Source: Fidelibacterota bacterium (lineage in GTDB: Bacteria > Fidelibacterota > Marinisomatia > Marinisomatales > Marinisomataceae). Taken from it: 64,000 nt of DNA. The stretch is taken from the NCBI GenBank assembly GCA_965212055.1, contig OZ243041.1, positions 905,551-969,550 on the forward strand, given 5' to 3'. The translations under genes were made by a program, and so were the position numbers. Positions within the stretch are counted from its first letter, which is position 1; every line of letters starts with the position of its first letter. A model generated the notes under the pieces. The model ran no database searches and had not been told where the DNA came from. It worked only from the letters and a program-made list of their open reading frames with translations. This document shows, piece by piece, positions 40,179 through 50,955 of the stretch.

Positions 40179-41272
40179 AATGACATTACTTTTTTTGCTA
40201 AATCAATAAAAATATTTTTGATTTCAGAATCTTCTTCTTGGAAAACAATAGGATTGCCACTATCAATAGATTGCATTAAATCATTCGAATATGGAATCTC
40301 AGCTAAAAATGGAATATTTAATCTTTTACTTTCGTCTAAACCGCCACCTTTTTTAAAGAGATGGAATTTTAATTGAAATGAACCATCTTTTTCCACTGGA
40401 ATTTTTTCATCATTAACAACAATATGGGAATCTGAATTATTAACAACTGTACCATCAATATTCATATAAGACATGTTTTCAACCACTCCTAACAAATCTG
40501 TCTCTACTTTTCTAAACATATCAGCGCCTTTTCTTACATCTGCTAGCGCAATATCATTTGGTGTGGTTACAATAATTGCACCATCAAGTGGTATTTTTTG
40601 CGAAAGCGTTAACTGAACATCACCAGTTCCTGGTGGAAGATCAAGAATTAAATAATCTAAATCTCCCCATACAACATCTCTAAAAAATTGTTCAGTCATT
40701 TTTGCTACCAATGGACCTCTCCATACTACAGGAGCCTGATTTCCACTAATAAATCCAAAACTCATTAATTTTAAATTATTTTTCTTAAGTGGGATAATTT
40801 TTTTGTTCTCATCAACTTCTGGATTTTCATTAATGCCCATAGTAAGAGGAAGAGATGGACCATAAATATCTAAATCAAGTAAACCAGTTTTGCAACCAGC
40901 ATTTGATAGTGCAGCAGCTAAGTTTAATGCAATTGTTGATTTACCAACACCACCTTTGCCACTTGCAATTGCAATAATTTTTTTAATATTACCTTCAACA
41001 TTTCTATCTTTATTTGATGTATCAACAGTTTTACGAGGTGGGCTGTCTAATATTTTGATTTTTATATCATAGTCGGTATCATTTAAGGTGTTTTGAATTT
41101 CAGCAATTAACTGATCTTTTTTCTTATCATTAGAAGAAGAAACAGATAAAAACAAGGTTATCGTCTTGTGATCAATAACAATATCTTTTATCATCCCAAA
41201 AGAAACAATATCACGATTAAATCCAGGGTAATTAACCGTTTTTAATTTTTCTAATATTTGATTTTTATCCAT
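40175..41272 (-). CDS. mrp: Mrp/ApbC Fe-S cluster carrier ATPase
   Basis: ASGKGGVGKST, DIYGPS, WRGP, DLPPGTGD, VENMS. Confidence 0.93.
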   Translation of the reverse strand: MDKNQILEKLKTVNYPGFNRDIVSFGMIKDIVIDHKTITLFLSVSSSNDKKKDQLIAEIQNTLNDTDYDIKIKILDSPPRKTVDTSNKDRNVEGNIKKIIAIASGKGGVGKSTIALNLAAALSNAGCKTGLLDLDIYGPSLPLTMGINENPEVDENKKIIPLKKNNLKLMSFGFISGNQAPVVWRGPLVAKMTEQFFRDVVWGDLDYLILDLPPGTGDVQLTLSQKIPLDGAIIVTTPNDIALADVRKGADMFRKVETDLLGVVENMSYMNIDGTVVNNSDSHIVVNDEKIPVEKDGSFQLKFHLFKKGGGLDESKRLNIPFLAEIPYSNDLMQSIDSGNPIVFQEEDSEIKNIFIDLAKKVMSL

Positions 41273-41285
41273 TATAATTCAATTA

Positions 41286-42935
41286 TTAGTTTGGCCAATA
41301 AATATATTCATCACCTTTTTTGTATTCTTCTCCAATATGCTTATCAATTAATTGTGGTGCATTGAGTGCAGAAGGCCACAAAGAAGCAACTTGTTCTGAT
41401 TCATGTTTATTGAGAAGCTCTTCAAGAACAATTAATTGCTCTGGGTGAGAAGAAGCAAGGTTGGTTGTTTCTGTTGGATCTTCATTTAAATTAAATAGCC
41501 ATTTTTTATCAGGTTTATCTGTTCTAATTAACTTCCAACCTTTATGTAAAATAGTTTGGTTATGTCCTTGTTTCCAAAATAATGTCTCATGCGGTATTCC
41601 TTGATTGGTGCCATTTACAAATGGCAAGAAGTCTACCCCGTCTAATTTCCTATCAGTAGGAATATTGGCAGTTGCTGCAGCTGCAATCGTATGAAAAATA
41701 TCAGTATGATGAACTGGGGGTGTAAATGTAGTTCCTGGTTTAATTTTGTCTGGCCACTTTGCCATAAAAGGAATGTGAAGTCCTCCTTCAAAATGTGTTA
41801 ATTTCCAACCCCTATAAGGCTTGTTAATATCAGAAAGCTCTATATAGCTAGCTCCACCATTGTCGCTTGTAAGAATAATCAAAGTATTGTTCGATAAACC
41901 ATTTTTTTCTAATGCATCAACAATGCGTCCAACGCTTCTATCAAGTGCTTCAATCATGCCAGAGTAGACTTGCATATTATGGTTCATATTTTGATGAGCA
42001 AATAAATCAAAATCACTTTTTAATGATTGTAATGGATTATGGACTGCCCAATGACCTAAATAAAGAAAAAATGGTCTATTTTTGTTGTTTTCTATCACTT
42101 GTATCGCTTCATCTGTATAATAATCAGTAAGATATCCTCCGGGAGCAAAACGGGGACCTTTGTTAAATATTGCACTAAATTGACTTCTAGCCCATACCAT
42201 TTTATCAACACCATAATCAAATTTTGCATTTACAACATTCTCATCGTTTTCAGGCAAATAAAGGCTCCCATCCAAAATCAAACTATCATCAAATCCATTA
42301 TCATTTGGAAGGCTTCCATCTACTCGCCCTAAATGCCACTTCCCAATATGCGCTGTATAATAGCCTGCCTCTTGTAATATTTCAGCAATAGTAATCTCTT
42401 CACTAGGAAAGCTTGCAGTAAAGATATCCTTTGACATTGGAGCAAGTTTTTCATCTATCTCTATTTTAAGCTCTGGATCATCAATATCATCGATCCATTG
42501 AAATAATGTCAAAGCTTGTGGGTAAATTGGGGTAAACTCAAATCCAAATCGAGTTGAATATCGACCCGTCATAATTGATGCCCTAGCTGGTGCACATATC
42601 GCATTTGCAGCATAACCATTTTCAAATAACACACCATCATGTGCAATTGCATCAATGTTTGGTGTCATTAAAGATCCGTCTGCAGCACCGCCGTTGTATA
42701 GAGAAACATCATTAAACCCTAAATCATCAGCAAGAATTAAAATAATATTAGGCCTTGTATCGTTTATTGTTTTTGAATCAGGACCTTTTTGCCAATTTGA
42801 AGAGCCTACAGATAAAACTGGATTTGTAATATCTAAAATTTTTGGGAGTGCCCAGACCACAATATTTACCCTATTATTCCAAATAACAAATGACAATACA
42901 AGAAAAAATGTAAGGGTGCTTAATAATCGTTTCAT
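41286..42935 (-). CDS. formylglycine-dependent sulfatase
   Basis: PNIILILADDLG, CAPAR(ASIMTG), GKWHLG, SDNG; N-terminal TM anchor. Confidence 0.92.
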   Translation of the reverse strand: MKRLLSTLTFFLVLSFVIWNNRVNIVVWALPKILDITNPVLSVGSSNWQKGPDSKTINDTRPNIILILADDLGFNDVSLYNGGAADGSLMTPNIDAIAHDGVLFENGYAANAICAPARASIMTGRYSTRFGFEFTPIYPQALTLFQWIDDIDDPELKIEIDEKLAPMSKDIFTASFPSEEITIAEILQEAGYYTAHIGKWHLGRVDGSLPNDNGFDDSLILDGSLYLPENDENVVNAKFDYGVDKMVWARSQFSAIFNKGPRFAPGGYLTDYYTDEAIQVIENNKNRPFFLYLGHWAVHNPLQSLKSDFDLFAHQNMNHNMQVYSGMIEALDRSVGRIVDALEKNGLSNNTLIILTSDNGGASYIELSDINKPYRGWKLTHFEGGLHIPFMAKWPDKIKPGTTFTPPVHHTDIFHTIAAAATANIPTDRKLDGVDFLPFVNGTNQGIPHETLFWKQGHNQTILHKGWKLIRTDKPDKKWLFNLNEDPTETTNLASSHPEQLIVLEELLNKHESEQVASLWPSALNAPQLIDKHIGEEYKKGDEYIYWPN

Positions 42936-42961
42936 ATTTTATTTAATGACTATAAAAGAAT

Positions 42962-43264
42962 TTATTCAGGTGCTTCTTGCCCAAAATATTCATAATTGGT
43001 TGCAATCTGTGCATGATACTCTTCTGGAACTTCTTCTTCATCATAGATTGCATCAACAGGGCATTCTGGTTCACACGCTCCACAATCAATACATTCTTCT
43101 GGGTTAATATAAAGCTGTTTCCCTGTTGCATCAAAATCAGGGTCTTTTGCTTCTTCTCCAGCGCCTTCTGGATCATCAGGACCATGGATACAATCAACAG
43201 GGCATACTTCTGTGCATGCCGTATCACATGTACCTACACAAGGATCTGTAATGATATAAGTCAT
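42962..43264 (-). CDS. dicluster (7Fe-type) ferredoxin
   Basis: [17 protein letters not shown] and [12 protein letters not shown]. Confidence 0.92.
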   Translation of the reverse strand: MTYIITDPCVGTCDTACTEVCPVDCIHGPDDPEGAGEEAKDPDFDATGKQLYINPEECIDCGACEPECPVDAIYDEEEVPEEYHAQIATNYEYFGQEAPE

Positions 43265-43308
43265 AATTTTAATGGATTATACGTAGTTTCTTGTGCAAAA
43301 TCAATAAC

Positions 43309-44562
43309 ATGCAAAATCAAAAAAATTTTACAACTTTCCTCTGGGGGGCACCTTTTATAGGTTCAATTGGAAGATCAGTGTATGATATGGCCATCATTTG
43401 GTTAATATTAGATATTACTAATTCTGAAAAGTATACTGGATTAATAGCAATGACAGCTTATCTTCCGGCTATATTTTTTGGACTATTTATTGGTGCTGTT
43501 GTTGATATGTATTCAAAAACAAAGGTTATGGCATTTGCAACTTTAATGCAGGCGGTTGCAGTATTGGGGGTTCCATTATTTTTATTATTTGATATAAGGC
43601 TTGCATGGATTATTATGATTCTTGCTATTTTTCATAATAGTTTTTCGCTCCCATTTATACCTGCATTTAATGCATATCTTCCAACCCAAATTAAAAAAGA
43701 TAAGCTTTTAAAAGCAAATTCGATTGTAAATATTGCATGGCAAAGCGCTGTCTTTATAGGTCCAATTATTACAGCATATGCATTAACAATCATATCAATT
43801 GAGTATATATTTTATGTTACTGTCATATGCTATATAATTACTGCTTTTATCATCATTAATGCTCCTAAAGATGAAGTAGACAAAGAAAATATAAATTTTA
43901 GTAATATTTTAAAAAAAACCTATCAAGGGCTTATCTATTTAAACAGCAAAAAAACATTACGTTTTATCATTATTCTAACCATTTTGAGCAACTTATTTGT
44001 TATGGGACCTGCTATTGTTGGAATTCCTATATTAGTAAAAATTGCTCTAGGAGGAACTGTTTCTAATTTTTTTATATGTGAAGCAAGCGTTGGATTAGGC
44101 ATGTTACTAGGAACAACTTTTGTTTACAATTTTGGTGATCGGTTTACACATGGTAAGCTTTTTTTAACTGGGCTCTTTATTGACGGAGCTAGTTTTTGTC
44201 TATACTATTTTATTGAAAATATGACTCAAATGTATATTCTATCGTTTTGTCATGGTATTGGAATTCCTTTATTGATTATTTCTAGAGTAGCGATGATGCA
44301 AAAAAATATCCCTGAAAAACTTTTAGGAAGAATTTTTACAATCATTTCAATCTCAATTATTAGTATGGCCGCTTTTTCTTCTGGTATTATTGGTTTTTTA
44401 TCAGACATTGTTAAGAATGCGCAATTTCTTGGAATTGCTGAATTCCCTTTTGTATCAATACAGAATACTGGGATCCAAACAATATTTTTGCTATTTGGAG
44501 TTGGGGCAGGATTATGTGGAATTGTTGGGTTTTTACACCCTAAGATCAAACATCTTAACTAA
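43309..44562 (+). CDS. MFS transporter (DHA3/MefA-like)
   Basis: About 12 TM segments, GAVVDMYSK, PEKLLGRI. Confidence 0.85.
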   Translation: MQNQKNFTTFLWGAPFIGSIGRSVYDMAIIWLILDITNSEKYTGLIAMTAYLPAIFFGLFIGAVVDMYSKTKVMAFATLMQAVAVLGVPLFLLFDIRLAWIIMILAIFHNSFSLPFIPAFNAYLPTQIKKDKLLKANSIVNIAWQSAVFIGPIITAYALTIISIEYIFYVTVICYIITAFIIINAPKDEVDKENINFSNILKKTYQGLIYLNSKKTLRFIIILTILSNLFVMGPAIVGIPILVKIALGGTVSNFFICEASVGLGMLLGTTFVYNFGDRFTHGKLFLTGLFIDGASFCLYYFIENMTQMYILSFCHGIGIPLLIISRVAMMQKNIPEKLLGRIFTIISISIISMAAFSSGIIGFLSDIVKNAQFLGIAEFPFVSIQNTGIQTIFLLFGVGAGLCGIVGFLHPKIKHLN

Positions 44563-45271
44563 AATCTTTCACAAGACTTACAATTTTATTTCTAACAAGG
44601 TCACGGAAATCTTCAATTGATAAATGAGAATAATCGTCTGGGGTAATTGGATTTCCAAAAACAGTTTTTAATCGACCTGGCCTAATTATCCAACTTGTCC
44701 TAACGTTTGATTTAAAGGCTCCAAGAATTCCAATAGGAACAATAGTTGCATTTGTAGCCTTGGCAAAATGAAATCCTCCTTTTTTAAACTCACTCATTTC
44801 TCCAGTAATGGTTCGATTGCCTTCTGGTGAAAAAATCATTGAATCTTGATCTATAAGTAATATTTTTTCAGCAACTTTAAGTGTGTCTTTTGCTTCATCT
44901 GTATTATCATGAGTGATTTGATATGCACCATATCTTTTTGCAAAAAACCCCCATAAAGGCCATTTAAAGATTCCTTCCCAGCCTATCGCATTAATATAGT
45001 ATGGGATAGAAGCTCCTAGCATAAATGCATCAAACATAGATTCATGATTGAACATAAAAAGATAGGGACCCTTACTTTTTGGAGGAACTTGACCGTGAAT
45101 GGTGTGATACTGCCAACCGCCAAGCAACAATAGCTTACAGCCTAAGTGCATAGACCAATAAAAATATCTTGGGTGCATTATATACGACGATACAATACCT
45201 GTTATCATCATTAAAATAAAAATAGGTAAAAATAAAAGTAAAATTAAAAAAGTTATGAGTACGCGTATCAT
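44555..45271 (-). CDS. plsC: 1-acyl-sn-glycerol-3-phosphate acyltransferase
   Basis: NHESMFD, PEGNRT, FKKGGF, IVPI. Confidence 0.88.
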   Translation of the reverse strand: MIRVLITFLILLLFLPIFILMMITGIVSSYIMHPRYFYWSMHLGCKLLLLGGWQYHTIHGQVPPKSKGPYLFMFNHESMFDAFMLGASIPYYINAIGWEGIFKWPLWGFFAKRYGAYQITHDNTDEAKDTLKVAEKILLIDQDSMIFSPEGNRTITGEMSEFKKGGFHFAKATNATIVPIGILGAFKSNVRTSWIIRPGRLKTVFGNPITPDDYSHLSIEDFRDLVRNKIVSLVKDFS

Positions 45272-45282
45272 GGGAATGAATA

Positions 45283-46317
45283 TTAATTTAATTTATCTAA
45301 AATCTCTAACATTTTGTAGTTTGCCTTCGGCAATGCAAACTTATCTAATTGTTTTCTGGTAGTCCATTTATAATTTTGATTTGGCTTTAAGGAAGATATA
45401 TCATTCACGTCGGCTAAAAACAATGATATCAAAACTTTGAAGTGGCTGTATTGATGTTTAATCTGACCTAGATAGTTCGGATTTTTAATAGCAAGATTTG
45501 TTTCTTCCATTACTTCTCTAATTACTGCTTTTTTTCTTGATTCGTTGTTTTGAATCTTTCCCCCAGGAAATTCCCACAAACCTCCAAGCATTGTATCTAT
45601 TGGACGTTGTAGGATTAACAATTTGTTCTGTTTCCGGATAATACAAGTAGAAACTTTAATCGTTGGAATAGTCTTTGGTTTTATTGGAGCTGGATAGTCA
45701 ACAGGATTTAAACTTAGAAAAGCTCTACAAGAATCATTAATAGGGCATACTCTACAATTAACAGATTGTGATTGACAAATATTGCTTCCAAGGTCCATTA
45801 AAGCTTGATTAAAGTCTCCTGGATTATTTTTATCTTGTATTTTTTCGAGAAATTTTTTCACCTTATTTTGGTTAAACTTTGATCGCTTCTTTAACCCTAA
45901 AAGCCTAAAACCAATACGTTCTAAATTTGTATCAATCCCTACTTGATTTTTATCAAATGCAATTGCAAGAATGGTCTTTGCAGTATAATCTCCTATTCCA
46001 GGAAGTTTAATTAATTCAGAATAGCTATCAGGAAAGTTCTTTTGTACAAGATGGGATGTTTTGTAAATATTCTTACAGCGTGAATAATATCCAAGTCCTT
46101 CCCAAAGCTTTAATACGTCATTATAGTTAGCTTTGGACAACTTTGTTGCATTGGGAAATTTATTAATCCATTTATTATAATATGGAATTACAGTTGAAAC
46201 TTGCGTTTGCTGCAGCATAATTTCAGAAATCCAAATTTTATAAGGGTCATGAGTAGCTCTCCAAGGCAAATCTCTTTTGTTCAGAGAATACCACCTTAGT
46301 AGCTTTTTTGAAATCAT
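45283..46317 (-). CDS. mutY: A/G-specific adenine glycosylase with C-terminal Nudix domain
   Basis: SEIMLQQT, GLGYYSR, LPGIGDYTA, CX6CX2CX5C, Nudix box. Confidence 0.93.
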   Translation of the reverse strand: MISKKLLRWYSLNKRDLPWRATHDPYKIWISEIMLQQTQVSTVIPYYNKWINKFPNATKLSKANYNDVLKLWEGLGYYSRCKNIYKTSHLVQKNFPDSYSELIKLPGIGDYTAKTILAIAFDKNQVGIDTNLERIGFRLLGLKKRSKFNQNKVKKFLEKIQDKNNPGDFNQALMDLGSNICQSQSVNCRVCPINDSCRAFLSLNPVDYPAPIKPKTIPTIKVSTCIIRKQNKLLILQRPIDTMLGGLWEFPGGKIQNNESRKKAVIREVMEETNLAIKNPNYLGQIKHQYSHFKVLISLFLADVNDISSLKPNQNYKWTTRKQLDKFALPKANYKMLEILDKLN

Positions 46318-46331
46318 AGTCTTTACATTAA

Positions 46332-47342
46332 TTAGCTACAAGTAGTATCGATTAGCGCGGCACATGCTTTATAAGGATCTACATTCGACGCAGGTCTTCT
46401 GTCTTCTAAATAACCACATCCATCGTTTTGAGTGCCCATTGGTATACGAATTGAAGCGCCTCTATCGCTTACTCCATATCTGAATTCACTGATACTGCAA
46501 GTTTCGTGTAATCCAGTAAGCCTTTGATCATTATCGGCTCCATATACTGCAATATGTTTATCAATATTTTGTCCTAGTTTTTCACAAGCCTCTTCAATGA
46601 CTTTTAGTCCACCAGGTTCTCTCATGGCTACTGTACTATAATTGATATGTGCTCCGGAACCATTCCAATCGCCTTTAATGGGTTTTGGGTGAAGTTCAAC
46701 TCTGGCCCCATAATCTTCGCCAATTCTTTCCAACAGCCATCTAGCAACCCATAATTGATCTCCAGCTTCTAAAGCTCCCACTGGTCCTACTTGATACTCC
46801 CACTGTCCAAGCATCACTTCAGCATTAATACCAGATATTTCAATACCAGCATCTAAGCATGCATGCATATGGTCCTCAACAATATCACGACCAGCAACGT
46901 CTTCAGATCCAACGCTACAATAATATGGTCCTTGTGGTCTTTCGGGATATCCTTCATCGGGCCACCCTAAAGGCTGTTTGCCATCCATTAAGGTATATTC
47001 TTGTTCAATTCCAAACCAAGGGTCGTGATCTTTAAACTTTTCTGCCAACTCTACCAGCGGTGCTCTTGTGTTTGATTTGTGCGGTGAACCATCTGGATTA
47101 CATACTTCGTTCATTACTAGCACATTGTCCCCACCACGAAGTGGGTCTTTACAAAACCAAACAGGTTTTAACATACAATCGCTATCAATTCCTTCAGCTT
47201 GAAGAGTGCTAGATCCATCAAACCCCCAACTTGGAAGATCTGAAACCGATGAGACTGCATTATCTAATATTTTTGTTTTCGAACGCAAATTAGCGGTAGG
47301 CTCATAACCATCAATCCAAATATATTCTGCCATTACTTTCAC
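46332..47342 (-). CDS. glnII: glutamine synthetase type II
   Basis: AEYIWIDG, WGFDGSST, GIEQEY, NAEVMLGQWEYQ, GDWNGSG, RGASIRIP, YLEDRRP. Confidence 0.95.
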   Translation of the reverse strand: MKVMAEYIWIDGYEPTANLRSKTKILDNAVSSVSDLPSWGFDGSSTLQAEGIDSDCMLKPVWFCKDPLRGGDNVLVMNEVCNPDGSPHKSNTRAPLVELAEKFKDHDPWFGIEQEYTLMDGKQPLGWPDEGYPERPQGPYYCSVGSEDVAGRDIVEDHMHACLDAGIEISGINAEVMLGQWEYQVGPVGALEAGDQLWVARWLLERIGEDYGARVELHPKPIKGDWNGSGAHINYSTVAMREPGGLKVIEEACEKLGQNIDKHIAVYGADNDQRLTGLHETCSISEFRYGVSDRGASIRIPMGTQNDGCGYLEDRRPASNVDPYKACAALIDTTCS

Positions 47343-47400
47343 AGTATAATCCCCTTTTATTAATGTTTTTTATAGGATGAATACCCATTAAATTAAATAA

Positions 47401-47832
47401 ATGAAAAGTAAAAAAGTAAATTTAAATGAAATTTTGGAAAAAATTTCAAAACTAGAAGCACGATTAGATGAAATTGCTCCAATCAGCAAGAAAAAATTTC
47501 CATCTAAAAAAGAACAAATCAAAGACATAGAAAACAATATGGATATATGGAGTGAAAAATTTCCATCGATTGATCCTCAGTTTGAACTTGCTAAAATGCT
47601 TGACTGGCTTAAAGCAAATAACAAACGCAAGAAAGACTATAAAGCATTTTTCCGAAATTGGTTAAGAAAAGCATCAAATAGCATTGGTAATGATGCAGGC
47701 ATAAGTCATTCGTATGTTTTTGGATGTGATACTAAAAAATGTTCAACAGAAACATCAAAATATAAAGATATGTACTTTTTTTGTGAAGAGTGCAATCAAG
47801 AAAAATCAATTATAAAAATAATAAAAAATTAG
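47401..47832 (+). CDS. hypothetical protein, phage replication protein/DnaT-like motif plus Cys cluster
   Basis: KMLDWL...KKDYKAFFRNWLRKA; CX4C...CX2C. Confidence 0.55.
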   Translation: MKSKKVNLNEILEKISKLEARLDEIAPISKKKFPSKKEQIKDIENNMDIWSEKFPSIDPQFELAKMLDWLKANNKRKKDYKAFFRNWLRKASNSIGNDAGISHSYVFGCDTKKCSTETSKYKDMYFFCEECNQEKSIIKIIKN

Positions 47833-48278
47833 TCTTCTTCTTTTTCTATATTAACCTTAAAACTACCTGATAGTTCACTATTAAATTTTACGCCAATTTC
47901 ATGTAAACCAAGTGTCTTAATGGGAGATTTTAAATCAATATATTTTTTATCGATCTTAATATTATTTTGTAATAATAGTTGTTCAATGTCTGCTTTTGTT
48001 ACAGAGCCAAAAAGTTTTTCATTGTCTTCTGATTTTGCTTTTATAGACACTTCTAAACTAGAAAGCTGATTTAATATCTCTGATAAACCTTCTTTTTCGC
48101 GTTCAATTTTACGTTCTTGTTGTTTAAGTTCATTTTCAATTTTTGTTAATTGATTAGAAGAAAAATTAATAGCTAAACCTTTTGGTAAAAGAAAATTTCT
48201 TGCAAATCCAGGTTTAACAATAATGATATCCCCTTCATTTCCTAGTCCTTCTATGTCTTTAGTTAATATTACTTTCAT
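47829..48278 (-). CDS. rplI: 50S ribosomal protein L9
   Basis: MKVIL..GLG..VKPGFARNFLLP, KLFGSVT. Confidence 0.96.
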   Translation of the reverse strand: MKVILTKDIEGLGNEGDIIIVKPGFARNFLLPKGLAINFSSNQLTKIENELKQQERKIEREKEGLSEILNQLSSLEVSIKAKSEDNEKLFGSVTKADIEQLLLQNNIKIDKKYIDLKSPIKTLGLHEIGVKFNSELSGSFKVNIEKEED

Positions 48279-48280
48279 TT

Positions 48281-48505
48281 TTAATCTCTATCAATTGCTG
48301 CAAAAGGAAGCAAGGCAACATTTCGTGCTCTTTTAATTGCGGTTACTAATTTTCGATGCATTTTCATACTTGTTCCAGTAACTCTTCTTGGGATAATCTT
48401 GCCTTGATCATTGACAAATTTATTTAGAAGCCTGATATCTTTATAGTCTATTTCATGTATATGATTTCTTTTGAAATAACAGGATTTTTTTCTACTAGAT
48501 AACAT
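48281..48505 (-). CDS. rpsR: 30S ribosomal protein S18
   Basis: [24 protein letters not shown]. Confidence 0.96.
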   Translation of the reverse strand: MLSSRKKSCYFKRNHIHEIDYKDIRLLNKFVNDQGKIIPRRVTGTSMKMHRKLVTAIKRARNVALLPFAAIDRD

Positions 48506-48846
48506 TATTGATTCTCCTTTTCTTTTACTTCTTCTGCTTCTTCTTTCGGGACAGGCTTACCGTCAAGTTTAATAATAAGATATTTTAACACTTCTGAATT
48601 CAAATTAAGGAATGCTTTAAAATCATTCACAAAACTAGAATCATTAAACTCTGTATGAAGCAAAACATAATTGCCATACTTTTCTTTATTGATATTGTAT
48701 GCTAATGGTTTTTTGCCCCAAAAACTATGTTCAATTACTGAATGTTTCTTAGTTTCAATATGTTGATTAATATCATGAATAATTTCAGATATTTTATCTT
48801 TTCCATAATTTGGATTTACAATATATAATATTTCATAATAATTCAT
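48505..48846 (-). CDS. rpsF: 30S ribosomal protein S6
   Basis: [22 protein letters not shown]. Confidence 0.93.
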   Translation of the reverse strand: MNYYEILYIVNPNYGKDKISEIIHDINQHIETKKHSVIEHSFWGKKPLAYNINKEKYGNYVLLHTEFNDSSFVNDFKAFLNLNSEVLKYLIIKLDGKPVPKEEAEEVKEKENQ

Positions 48847-48858
48847 ATAATCTCTCCA

Positions 48859-50955
48859 TTACATAAGTGGTGCTATTACCAGTGACACCACTGATATTAG
48901 TTTAATTAAAATGTTCAACGAAGGACCAGCAGTATCCTTAAAAGGATCGCCTACTGTGTCACCAACAACAGCAGCTTTGTGAGCATCGCTTCCTTTTCCG
49001 CCATGCGCACCGGATTCAATATATTTTTTTGCATTATCCCATGAACCTCCTGCATTTGCCATAAAAATAGCTAATAATACACCAGTTACCGTTACACCAG
49101 CTAAAATCCCACCTAACATCTCTGGTTGACGAAGTATAAGTCCAAAAAATATAGGGGTAAACACCGCAATAGCTCCTGGTAAAACCATTTTATTAATTGC
49201 AGCTGTTGTAGCAATATCAACACACCTTGCATAGTCGGCTTTTGCTTTACCATCAAGCAACCCTTTAATTTCTCTAAATTGTCTTCTTACTTCTTCAATC
49301 ATTTCAAATGCAGCGTCTCCAACTGCTTTCATTGCAAGCGCAGAAAAAACAAACGGCAAAATTGCGCCAATAAACAATCCGGCCATTACCATTGGGTCAC
49401 TAATGTTCAACGCTAGTTCAGCAGTTGATTCTTCCCAGCCACCAATGATTCTGTTTGCTTTAATTGTTTCTCTGAAAGCTGCAAAAAGAGCTAAAGAAGT
49501 TAAAGCAGCAGAACCAATTGCAAAACCCTTACCAATAGCAGCTGTTGTATTTCCAACCGCATCAAGCTTGTCTGTTCGTTCTCTGACTTCACTTGGAAGT
49601 TCAGCCATTTCTGCAATGCCTCCAGCATTATCAGCTATTGGACCATATGCATCTACGGCTAATTGAATACCAATAGTAGACAACATACCTAAAGCAGCAA
49701 TTGCAATTCCATAAAGACCTGCAAAATGGAATGCTCCCAAAATTGCTGACGCAATAATAAGAACTGGCAATGCAGTAGAATACATTCCGTTTGCTAGACC
49801 CGCTATGATATTGGTTGCTGATCCCGTTTCGCTTGCTTCCGCAATTGCTTTAGATGGTGTTTGAGCGTCAGATGTAAAATATTCTGTTGCTAATCCAATT
49901 AAAATACCCGAAACAAGACCAATAACAATTGTCCAGAATAAGTTCATAACACTCAAATTGCCAATCATTCCCATATTTGCAATATAATTTAATAGGCAAT
50001 AAGTAAGAACTAGCATTACGCCCCCTGAACCAAACATGCCAATATTAAGTGCAGTTTGAGGATTTCCTCCTTCTTTAGTTTTAACAAAAAACGTTCCTGC
50101 AATTGATACAAAAATTCCTAAGGAAGCAATCGTTAGCGGTAGAAAAACCAATTCTATCTGCCCGGCTGCAGCTGCTAGAACCATAGCTCCAATAATTGAT
50201 CCTACATATGATTCAAATAAGTCTGCTCCCATCCCAGCAACATCCCCAACGTTATCACCAACGTTATCAGCAATAGTAGCCGGGTTTCTTGGGTCGTCTT
50301 CTGGAATGCCAGCCTCTACCTTGCCAACTAAGTCTGCACCAACATCAGCTGCTTTTGTATAAATACCCCCACCAACTCTTGCAAAAAGCGCAATGGATGA
50401 AGCCCCCATAGCAAAACCAGAAACTAATGTCATAATGTATTGCATTGTTTCCACATTCATCTGTTGCGAAAATCCACCATACAAAGAAAAAAGTGTAAAT
50501 AGCCCTAATATACCAAGGCCTACTACATTCATGCCCATAACGGCACCGCCGCTAAATGCAACATTCAGCGCTGAACTTAGGCCCGTTCTTGCAGCTTCAG
50601 TTGTTCTGTGGTTTGCTAGAGTTGCAACACGCATACCAAGCACACCTGCTAAAGCACTACATAAAGCTCCAACAACAAAAGACAAAGCTACCCATTCGGT
50701 GTTGTTAGATAAATTAATCCAATATAGAAGCATTGCAACAACAAGAACAAAAACAGCTAAAACTCTATATTCTCTCTTAAGAAACGCTGTTGCCCCTTCT
50801 CGTATTGCAAGTCCAATTTCTTGCATTTTTTCATTGCCTGGATTTTGTTTGTTAATCCAATTGCTTTTCCATAACGCAAACAATACTGCTGCAATGCCTG
50901 ATAGCGGTATCATTGAAACAAGGGGGTTTGTTAACTGCTCTAAAAATACTTGCAT
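48859..50955 (-). CDS. hppA: K+-dependent membrane pyrophosphatase, probably Na+-translocating
   Basis: [59 protein letters not shown]. Confidence 0.93.
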   Translation of the reverse strand: MQVFLEQLTNPLVSMIPLSGIAAVLFALWKSNWINKQNPGNEKMQEIGLAIREGATAFLKREYRVLAVFVLVVAMLLYWINLSNNTEWVALSFVVGALCSALAGVLGMRVATLANHRTTEAARTGLSSALNVAFSGGAVMGMNVVGLGILGLFTLFSLYGGFSQQMNVETMQYIMTLVSGFAMGASSIALFARVGGGIYTKAADVGADLVGKVEAGIPEDDPRNPATIADNVGDNVGDVAGMGADLFESYVGSIIGAMVLAAAAGQIELVFLPLTIASLGIFVSIAGTFFVKTKEGGNPQTALNIGMFGSGGVMLVLTYCLLNYIANMGMIGNLSVMNLFWTIVIGLVSGILIGLATEYFTSDAQTPSKAIAEASETGSATNIIAGLANGMYSTALPVLIIASAILGAFHFAGLYGIAIAALGMLSTIGIQLAVDAYGPIADNAGGIAEMAELPSEVRERTDKLDAVGNTTAAIGKGFAIGSAALTSLALFAAFRETIKANRIIGGWEESTAELALNISDPMVMAGLFIGAILPFVFSALAMKAVGDAAFEMIEEVRRQFREIKGLLDGKAKADYARCVDIATTAAINKMVLPGAIAVFTPIFFGLILRQPEMLGGILAGVTVTGVLLAIFMANAGGSWDNAKKYIESGAHGGKGSDAHKAAVVGDTVGDPFKDTAGPSLNILIKLISVVSLVIAPLM

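Noticed and set aside
42943..43227. 94-aa minus-strand ORF overlapping the ferredoxin
   Set aside because: Alternative frame; the Cys-motif frame is clearly the gene.
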